Assembly: GCA_043228905.1 (NCBI GenBank)
Contig: JBHGNT010001356.1
Span: forward strand, 1 to 9,514
Source of the DNA: Azolla caroliniana
Taxonomy: Eukaryota; Plantae; Polypodiophyta
Reading direction: 5' to 3'
Length of the DNA: 9,514 bases
Part shown: one piece after another, positions 1 through 7,869 of the stretch
Layout of the letters: the number at the start of each line of letters is the position of its first letter
Position numbering within the stretch: the stretch's first letter is position 1
Program-made: the position numbers and the translations under genes
Notes under the pieces: generated by a model
Databases searched by the model: none
Told to the model about the DNA's origin: nothing
The model's input: only the letters and a program-made list of their open reading frames with translations

Positions 1-877
1 AGATGGATTTTTATCATGGATGTAATCAATTAACATGTAATTTTTGGTGATTAGGCTGATTAAATCAGCCTTGAATCTCATGTTTTCACTGTGTGATAAA
101 GATCTAAATTTTGCTCACAGTAATATCTCAATTCATTGTATGTGCGATGTAAAGTTTAGATTTTATCTGATATCAATGCGCACAGTACGTGCGATCCAAG
201 TAACTTCAACATAAATTTAAGGTTTTGTTGCTACACGTTTTCTATGTAGCAATGCAAGATTGCATAAATGTGTTAGTGGATATTTGCCGTATAGGTATGT
301 TATGGTAATGATAACTTCAAAAAGTAGCAATGCAAGATCTTTGTATATATGAGACTGCTGATACATAATCTTCTATATTTTGCATGCTTTGTGTTCAGCA
401 ATGTAATGTTCCATGCATTTGTGACTTTGACCTTCTAACTATGTCACGAATATATGAATGGTATGTTCTTCAATGTTTTCGAGGTAACAATGTAAGGTGG
501 GTTTAGGTATGCTATGTAATTATGCCTTTGCCATGCAGCAATGTAAAAATTGCGAAGATGCTCTGTATAATTTATAGTCTTCTATAATTTGAAAGCTTTC
601 TTTGTCGCGATGTAAGGTTCTATAGATGTGCTATGGATTTGTGGCGTTGTATTTGATACATTGAGAAATGTAAGATTATGTACTTAATGGATCTTATGTG
701 CTCTTCTATGTTTTCTGAGTAACAGTATATGATTGGTGTACATATGCTATAGATATTTGACTTCACTGTGTAGATATCTGGTCTCCCAAGTTTTGTTATG
801 CTGCGCATACTTCCTTTGTTTCAATCTAAGATTCTGAAGATAATTTATTGATAGATTGAATCTGATCTTTTCAACAG
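1..877 (+). other. Probable 5'-UTR intron (3' part) of the methyltransferase gene, acceptor AG at 876-877
   Basis: T-rich intron-like sequence ending tctgatcttttcaacag|G 21 nt before the ATG. The donor was not identified and probably lies upstream of the window. Inferred only; no transcript data. Confidence 0.6.
144..677 (+). repeat. Degenerate tandem repeat array, anchor motif GC(A/G)ATG(T/C)AA
   Basis: The anchor recurs near 144, 249, 327, 398, 487, 538, 607 and 666. There is an exact 15-mer gtagcaatgcaagat at 246-260 and 324-338, and 365-414 vs 574-623 match at 38/50 ungapped. Confidence 0.7.
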
Positions 878-898
878 GAACCTCTGGTTGTCGCCACT

Positions 899-1771
899 AT
901 GGCTGTAAACAAACATTTTCGTAATGAGAAACGAATGCCATCATTCTATGTTATGGCCACGATCGGTGTTTTTATAGCACTTTGTTTGATAGGGATGTGG
1001 ATTCTGAGCACTCCTTCAGGAGAAGAGGTTTCAAATAAAGTAGAACCTGTGCATAAGACTAGTGAGGGAAATTATAAAGAGATAACTGACACTCAACAAT
1101 TTGAAGAAAGTACTACTGAGATCCAACAAGAAACTGAAGGAAAGAATAATGAAGAAACGAATAATGAAGAAACAAATAATGAAGAAAAGAACAATGAAGA
1201 AAGTTCTCAGGCAGAGACTCCAGAGCCAAAAACTGAGGAAAAAGGATCAAGTGAATATGATGATAAAGAGAAGGAGAAAGAGAGAGAGAAGACAGAGGAA
1301 ACTCCTGCTGAACATGAGGTAGATAATAGGGAGGAACGTCCACCAGATGAAGAACCACCAAAACTGAAAGAGAATGAATTTGAAGAGAATGGAGCAGCGC
1401 AATCCGAGATTCAAATCGAGAACAAAGAGATTACAAACAACTGGGAAACTCAAGCGAGCGAATCGAAAGAAGAGAAAGAGAAGGTTGAAGAAATTAAGGA
1501 GAAGATAGAAGAGAAAACCGAAGAGGCTTTGACCTTGGATGAGAGCACAACGGGAACACCATATTCTCAAAGAGAATGGGAGATTTGTGATTTTGAGGGA
1601 GCAACCGATTATATACCATGTCTAGATAACAAAGAAGTGATAAAAAGTCTTCCTAGTACTAAACATTATGAGCATCGTGAGAGGCACTGCCCGAGCTCAG
1701 CACCTACTTGTCTCGTTCCTCTTCCACAAGGGTATTGCTTACCAATTAAGTGGCCTCAGAGTCGAAATGAG
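899..1771 (+). CDS. PMT-like methyltransferase coding exon 1 (TM anchor, acidic stem, start of DUF248)
   Basis: ATG in context gccactATGG; ends ...WPQSRNE at GAG|gtactc (donor 1772); 291 codons. Confidence 0.92.
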
Positions 1772-4700
1772 GTACTCTGTTCAGTTTTTATCTCTATATT
1801 TTGAACTCAGATGATATCCTTGGTTTCTCTTTTATTTATCCAAATGCCCATGGTCAACTACTGAAAGAGAGAAAGAGGGGATGAACTGAACTTATATGAT
1901 TGTGCAAATAGTACATATAATTGAGATCATATAAACTATTATTTCTTAAATAGTATATGACTTTCAGTAGGGGGTTTGATCAAGGACAGTTGTGGCATAA
2001 TGAAGACTTGGGAGGCATTTGGGGAAGTATTGAAATACTTGGGTATTTGGGTGTTTTTCCTGATTTTCAAATGTGTTTATTATGGTAGTAATCCAATGAC
2101 ACTAACATCTGTATAGTGTTTATCGTTGTTTCATACCTTTTGTTGTGTGTTTCACGGATTCGAAGAAATTATCCTATATAGCATCCAATGCCCATAACTG
2201 TCCTTGAACACCATTAATAACTCAATGTCTTATGCTTACAATGGTGCAGATTTGGTATAGTAATGTTCCACATCCAGGGTTGGTGTCTTACAAAAAAGAT
2301 CAGAATTGGGTGAAGAAATTAGGTGACAAGCTTATATTTCCGGGAGGTGGAACTCAATTCAAGCATGGTGCACTTCACTACATTGAATTCATTGAGCAGG
2401 TCAAAGATAATCTCTTTTTGTTGCATGTTTGATTGATAAATAGTTGACATTTATGAATGCTATAGTCTTTCATAAACTGATTCAGTATTATGTTTGTTTA
2501 TGCAAACTTGTTTATGTTTTCTGAATGAGCATAAATTAATGTGTGTATTTGTGCATGCATATACATCTTTATATTTATACATGTACATGCATACTGTCAG
2601 TTGATGTGGAATGGTGAGGAGGATTGGCATTCTTGTGAAAGTCAAAATTCTGCATTTGGTTCTAAATTCAAAAAATGAAGACCATTTAATGTGTTCTTAA
2701 TAGACATTGCCTGACATTGCTTGGGGAAACCATACACGTGTTATTCTTGATGTTGGCTGTGGAGTTGCGAGCTTTGGAGGTTACATATTTGAGAAGGAGG
2801 TGATTACTATGTCCTTTGCACCCAAGGATGAACATGAAGCACAAATCCAACTTGCTCTTGAGCGAGGAATCCCTGCAATTTCAGCAGTAATGGGAACCCA
2901 AAGACTTCCTTTTCCAAGCAATGTTTTTGATGCTGTTCATTGTGCTCGTTGCAGAGTGCCTTGGCATGTCGAAGGTAGGATTTCAGTTTGCTTTTTTCCC
3001 AAGGAAAAACTCCCTTCCAATATCCCCAAATGTTGCCATGTTTTTGTTATTACCTCAAATACCCTCGTCAACCTGAAATAGAGAAACAGGGGGATAATCA
3101 AAACCTACAGAACTTTGGGGACATTGAGGAAATAAAGAAAAACTAAGTGGTGTTTTGGGAGTTTTGTTCTCCTTTCTTACCTGTAGAATGGCTTAAAGTT
3201 ATTGTTAGTGATTTGATAATCTTTTATCTTTGTGCAGATGGCAAGCTTCTCCTTGAGCTGAACCGCATATTAAGGCCAGGGGGATATTTTCTTTGGTCTG
3301 CAACTCCTGTTTACTGGAAAGGTGAAGAAGATCAAGGCATTTGGAAAGGTTAGTCTGACATTCTCAATGTCTAGAAGTTTTGAAAACTTGGCTTGCTAAT
3401 AAACTGGTTACCATAATTTGTTACTGATCAATTTTGGGATGTATCATATATGGAAGCATAGATATCTGCTAGTTTTGGAATCGATGACTGATTATATACA
3501 TGGTTATGTCAATTAGGATGTTCCTAGAATTTGTGGTTATAATTAGTTTTTCAAAAAGTCATGGATTGATAGCATAGTTTTAGTATAGCACGTGCTTTTG
3601 GTACTATCTCTGTTTCTCGAATTTTGCATTCCTTGCTTATTTTGGGGGTTGTATTTACGTTTTATGTTCCCATGATAAAGCTCTTCTAAGAGAGGAAAAA
3701 CTAAAAATTACTTATAACATTAATATGAATGGTTCATGCTGCAGAAATGGTGGCCATGACAGCGGCCATGTGCTGGGATTTAGTTGCTCGAACTACAGAT
3801 TCCTCTACAGGAATTGGAATTGCTATTTTTCACAAGCCAGCATCCAATTTCTGCTATGAAAATCGGCAGAAAAATTACCCACCATTATGTGAAGAGAATG
3901 ACAAAGCAGATGCAGCTTGGTAAGATTAATAATTTTCTTCCAACCGTCAATAGAAGTTGCATTTGCTGATTATGTTATCCCAAAAATCTTGATAAATGGA
4001 TTACCTGCATATTATTACTTATCTGATATTCTCCCAAAAAGTTTATAAATACATTTGCAGATTGTTACTTGATCTCTCCTCTGAATGTGAAATATATCTC
4101 ATTATTACCATAGGTACATCCCAATGACCTCATGCATTCACAAAATTCCATCTAACGAGGAGGCCCGTGGTATAGAATGGCCACAACAGTGGCCCTTACG
4201 GCTGACATCGGCACCCGCATGGTTAAGTAATGAAAAAGGTGTATATGGAAAGCCAGCTGCAGCTGATTTTCGATCTGATACAGAACACTGGCACCGTGTT
4301 GTGGAAAAGTCGTATCTGCGAGGTCTTGGTATTGATTGGTCCAGTGTCAGAAACGTGATGGACATGAAGGCAGTCTATGGAGGGTAATTGATTTATTAGT
4401 TTTTGTTTAAGGAAAACACCAAAATACCCTCTTAACTATTTAGGTATTCACTACAGTATCTTTAAATTTCCAAACATTACCAGGTTATTGTTCTGTAACA
4501 TAAGAGATTCTGGGAATTTGGGAAATTAGCTGTATTATTTGTAGAAAAACACCATAATTGATCTAATTTATTGGTTATTTACCTAGATACGTATAAGATT
4601 TGTAAAATTTCCAGTATACTCCCATATGAATATGGTAAACACCAATGTACCTGTAACTTGCTGTATTTTTCCAGTAAATTTTCCAAAAATTAGCAGAAAA

Positions 4701-5499
4701 TGCCTCTGTAGTACAAATGCTACTGTCATTGAGGAGTGTTCTGGAAATTTATTGGAAACTTCTGTGTATTATTTGTTTAGGAGACACCAAAATACCCGTA
4801 CTTATTGTTGGGTATGTTCTGTGAATGTTTGGAAACTTGGGGGTATTTCTAATGTTAAATACCCGACAAGTTATGGATCAATATTATATATACCCAACAG
4901 GTTAGGGGTAAAAATAGTGTTTTATACCCTATATGGTGTGTGGTGTTTTGCCTATTTTGTTTTTTGGGATCCTTTCACACTGGAAGTTGTCTTAAGTGAT
5001 TTTCTTTTTTATTACCACAGTTTTGCTGCTGCCTTGGCATCTCAATCAGTATGGGTTATGAATGTGGTACAATACGATGCACCAGATACATTGCCGATCA
5101 TATATGACAGGGGTCTTTTTGGAATCTACCATGATTGGTGTGAATCTTTCAGTTCATATCCAAGGACATATGATCTTCTCCACTCGGATCATCTTTTTGA
5201 CAAGCTTAGGAAGAGGTAAACATGAAAGAGTACTATCAAATGTTTGCCTGAGCAATTGGATCTGATAACTTAATAACATACCTATGATCTTTCAAATGTG
5301 TAGATGCGACATAAAAGGCACTGTTGTGGAGATGGATCGTCTTTTGCGGCCACAAGGGTGGGTAATTTTCCGTGAAAAGCTGGAAAGTATCACAGAAATA
5401 GAGTCACTTATCACTTCATTACATTGGGAAGTTAGGATGAAGTATGCAAAAGAACCTGAGGGGCTCTTGGTGGCTCAAAAAACATTTTGGAGACCTTAG
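899..5499 (+). CDS. Probable SAM-dependent methyltransferase, plant PMT/DUF248 (Methyltransf_29) family, PMT24/25/26-like; join(899..1771,2250..2399,2704..2974,3238..3348,3745..3919,4114..4383,5021..5215,5304..5499), 746 aa
   Basis: Manual splicing at GT-AG sites gives a 2241-nt open frame (intron phases 0,0,1,1,2,2,2). It encodes a short basic N-tail, one hydrophobic helix (FYVMATIGVFIALCLIGMWIL) and an E/K/N-rich stem, followed by family motifs DYIPCLDN, HYEHRERHCP, FPGGGTQF, VILDVGCGVASFGG (SAM-binding motif I), APKDEHEAQIQLALERG, ELNRILRPGGYF, NVMDMKAVYGGFAAAL, YHDWCESFSSYPRTYDLLH, EMDRLLRPQG and KTFWRP-stop. The exact paralog cannot be assigned without a tree. Confidence 0.95.
1145..1204 (+). 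repeat. Coding 15-bp tandem repeat x4 (NNEET NNEET NNEEK NNEES)
   Basis: aataatgaagaaacg aataatgaagaaaca aataatgaagaaaag aacaatgaagaaagt, in frame within exon 1. Confidence 0.92.
1840..2060. mobile_element. Degenerate fold-back/MITE-like repeat in methyltransferase intron 1
   Basis: Nested perfect inverted arms 1840-1848/2014-2022, 1858-1867/1961-1970 and 1892-1900/1926-1934. The terminus gggtatttgggtgtttttcc (2041-2060) is a near reverse complement of ggaaaacaccaaaataccc (4411-4429). No TSD found. Confidence 0.5.
2250..2399 (+). CDS. PMT-like methyltransferase coding exon 2
   Basis: gtgcag|ATTTGGTAT (IWYSNVPH...FPGGGTQF...FIEQ) CAG|gtcaaa; 150 nt. Confidence 0.92.
2704..2974 (+). CDS. PMT-like methyltransferase coding exon 3 (SAM-binding motif)
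   Basis: ttaatag|ACATTGCCT (TLPDIAWG...ILDVGCGVASFGG...CRVPWHVE) G|gtagga; 271 nt. Confidence 0.93.
3001..3173. mobile_element. Degenerate fold-back/MITE-like repeat in methyltransferase intron 3
   Basis: Inverted arms aaaactccc 3006-3014 / gggagtttt 3157-3165 and caatatccccaaa 3018-3030 / tttggggacattg 3114-3126 (12/13). The core 3056-3095 resembles 1841-1882. No TSD found. Confidence 0.55.
3238..3348 (+). CDS. PMT-like methyltransferase coding exon 4
   Basis: tgtgcag|ATGGCAAG (DGKLLLELNRILRPGGYFLWSATPVY...IWK) G|gttagt; 111 nt. Confidence 0.92.
3745..3919 (+). CDS. PMT-like methyltransferase coding exon 5
   Basis: ctgcag|AAATGGTG (EMVAMTAAMCWDLV...PPLCEENDKADAAW) TG|gtaaga; 175 nt. Confidence 0.92.
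4114..4383 (+). CDS. PMT-like methyltransferase coding exon 6
   Basis: ccatag|GTACATCCCA (YIPMTSCIH...WPQQWPLRL...VRNVMDMKAVYG) GG|gtaatt; 270 nt. Confidence 0.93.
4411..4929. mobile_element. Degenerate MITE-like element(s) with long imperfect TIRs in methyltransferase intron 6
   Basis: The left end 4411-4480 is an imperfect inverted match to 4821-4873 and 4891-4924. The terminal motif acaccaaaataccc is duplicated exactly at 4416-4429 and 4784-4797, suggesting a compound or nested copy. Confidence 0.6.
5021..5215 (+). CDS. PMT-like methyltransferase coding exon 7
   Basis: Poly-T tract then ccacag|TTTTGCTGCT (FAAAL...WVMNVV...YHDWCESFSSYPRTYDLLH...LRK) AG|gtaaac; 195 nt. Confidence 0.93.
5304..5499 (+). 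CDS. PMT-like methyltransferase coding exon 8 (terminal)
   Basis: gtgtag|ATGCGAC (CDIKGTVVEMDRLLRPQG...SLHWEV...QKTFWRP) TAG at 5497-5499. Confidence 0.93.
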
Positions 5500-7329
5500 A
5501 CAAACAATTTCACGTGATGGTTTTGGAGAATTTTGAAAATTTCATGTCAATATGAAAATCATTATATCAAGAAATCGAAAGTTTGTAGTGCAAGTGATGT
5601 CAATCCAAATGTAATGGTAATCATGACATCAGGCAAGAGACCACTGAATCCAATGGATTCAGTTGTAATTTTCTTTCCTGCCTAATGAGAGGTTTGATTT
5701 CACAATTATCTTTCCAAAGTTCAGCTTTATTCAGATCTCACATCAATGTGAATGGTTATGATAAGAAGGATCAGTGATTAATCACTGCCTGTGGCCATCT
5801 AGATTGTAATCCTTGTTTATGTAGATTGAAAATATGCATTGTTTAGCATGGACTTAGAAATGGGATTTGTACTTAAAAATCGGATTGGAACCACAACTAT
5901 TTTTTTATAAGAATTTAATTATTTGTGTTTATAACAGTTTGTACTGTCTCCATACCCCACCTTAGAATGCGCAAAAATCCTTTCTTGTAAATTTCCATTT
6001 AACTGAGCTGGTTGGTCAAGCCATATTGTTAAATTCCTAAAGAATCTCAATGCCCTTAAAAAATGCAGGATGTTTTAATACATCATTAATCCAACTCTTG
6101 GTTTACAGCTTGAACTGACAGAAAAGGTGCAGTGTCATCTTGAGGTCGAGGTGACAATGCCATGTGTGCTCTGTGATCCTCCATGAATTTTTGGCTAGAC
6201 CTATCAAATTACTAGGTTTGATGAGCTCTATTGTGGGGTTCAATTGAAAAACAAGGAGACACATTGCCTTCCAATTCATTCCCTGTTGGTAATGACAAAT
6301 TATGAGGTTGAAAGCAAATCTTTCACTCCTAGTTAGTCAAGCTATACATGCAAAATTATTAAATAGAGGATGTGGTGACACTAGTCATGTCAAAATAGGA
6401 AGAGGATTCTCATTCACTTAAGCTCAACATTTTAGAGCATCATGTTCTTTCCGGAATGAATCCAACCAGCAATTTATCTTGCCTCACTCTAATACATAAC
6501 ATGTAGGGGTCTATGAATCCTATTGCCCTTGAAAAGATTTGTAAACATGATATAGGGATTGACAATGGGTCTAGGGGAGGATTATAGCTGTAGTACACCC
6601 ATGTCTGGCAACTTCGATCTAAACAAGAGAACAATGGTTTTGGGGAGCTTTGCCAATGCTTCTCACAACCAACTACCCCACCACATCTCTAATGTGGATG
6701 CCAACCTGTGCCTTTGTAGATGCACTTGTATGCTACAATATACTCCATCAGACTACTCTTGCTGGGGCTCATAGGTCATGTACTTCGCCTCCCAAAGACA
6801 TTCCACTTTCTAGCATTTAGCTGAAGGGATTTGTAGCTTATTTTCACTTCAATACAGGTAATTTCAAATGATGGATTTATGCGAACTTGCTTTAATTTGC
6901 TGACACTGACTGATATATTTTTATTTCAACTTTGCATTTGTCAGCTGAGGTTTGCTGTATCATTTTAATTGCCCTTGGAAAATCATCAAAATGTGAAATT
7001 CACAAAATGGTGACAGCTAAATTACAATCCATTTTTTATTACCCTCTTACATTCTAATAATCCCAAAATGACATTGGGATAAAATCTTCGTATAGTAAAT
7101 TTGCTGGCATAGTGAACTTCGCTAATACGAGTAATACATCATAGGAATTCATGTCAAAACGGGGATCCTGAATCCTGCCATTTCTGGTTAGAATCAAAAT
7201 TTCTGGTTTAAGCTTCTAGATTGGAAATTTACTTAGTAGTATTCATTGCTGGCAAGGTTTGGTGTTCCAATTAAACAAATATTATAGTTTTCTGTTAAGT
7301 AGAGAGCGATTAATAATTAGATATCGTAA

Positions 7330-7507
7330 CATCCTTGAGCATTACAAATCAATATTTGATTCATGGCTTGCTATAGAACAACCTTCATTATCTGTAAGCA
7401 TGTGCATCCTTCCATAAATTTCATGGTTGTCGTAAAATAACTTTGATTATCTGTAGGCATTTCTAATCAGTGTAATCATCCTTCCAGTTCTATCTTTTCG
7501 TAGAATA
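7330..7507 (+). repeat. Degenerate ~60-75 bp tandem repeat (about 2.5 units) in the intergenic region
   Basis: ttcatggcttgctatagaacaaccttcattatctgtaagcat (7360-7401) vs ttcatggttgtcgtaaaataactttgattatctgtaggcat (7420-7460); catcctt recurs at 7330, 7405 and 7477. Confidence 0.7.
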
Positions 7508-7803
7508 CAGCAATAGCTATCAAAATGAAGATTTCAAAAGCGTTTGGAAGTGCAAGGATTTTCAGACCAAGATATGCAAAAAAAATAATATTTATGTGCT
7601 TATACAAGTATCTGTTCAATAGCTTTCAAAGCCTTGTAGCATTAGTCTATGTGCGGTGTAATTGCAAAACTTGTATGGTAAAAAGTGTATTTATGGTTTA
7701 TATAGATGTATGATTGGTGTTTTGGTTCTGCCAATGTGTCTGAAATGATAGATTTTGAAAATTCATTTCCATGTTATGTGCGTCCAGAACCACAAATTTA
7801 TCT

Positions 7804-7869
7804 TCAGGGGAACCATGAAGCATTGAGATACTTTGCCAAGAATGCAAACTTGTCCGTAGCCTCATCAAT
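7804..7869 (-). CDS. Prolyl oligopeptidase terminal exon [21 protein letters not shown]
   Basis: ttttttatag|ATTGATGAG ... CCC TGA (stop 7806-7804); 66 nt. Confidence 0.92.
   Translation of the reverse strand: MDEATDKFAFLAKYLNASWFP

Noticed and set aside
144-677. CRISPR-like reading of the repeat/spacer pattern
   Set aside because: Eukaryotic intron-containing context, short degenerate repeats, irregular spacing, mutually similar spacers and no cas genes.
620-808. 62-aa minus-strand ORF
   Set aside because: Lies in AT-rich intron-like sequence; no recognisable motif.
1101-1570. ORFs 1101..1322 (+), 1113..1361 (-) and 1247..1570 (-)
   Set aside because: Shadow frames of the purine-rich, low-complexity exon 1; their K/R/M-rich or F/L/S-rich composition is what such frames produce.
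2400-2406. Weak donor CAG|gtcaaag as a sign of pseudogenisation
   Set aside because: It is still a canonical GT in the correct phase, and the spliced frame is intact with all motifs.
2460-2645. 61-aa minus-strand ORF and the alternating purine-pyrimidine (TG/CA/TA) patch in intron 2
   Set aside because: Intronic low-complexity sequence; no coding signal and too irregular to call a microsatellite.
4400-4940. Target-site duplications flanking the MITE-like copies
   Set aside because: The flanks (ttttgtttaa / tatatggtg, and those at the intron 3 copy) show no convincing direct repeat, so the superfamily assignment stays tentative.
3784-5265. ORFs 3784..3969 (+), 4138..4365 (-) and 5062..5265 (+)
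   Set aside because: Alternate-frame or antisense shadows of real methyltransferase exons.
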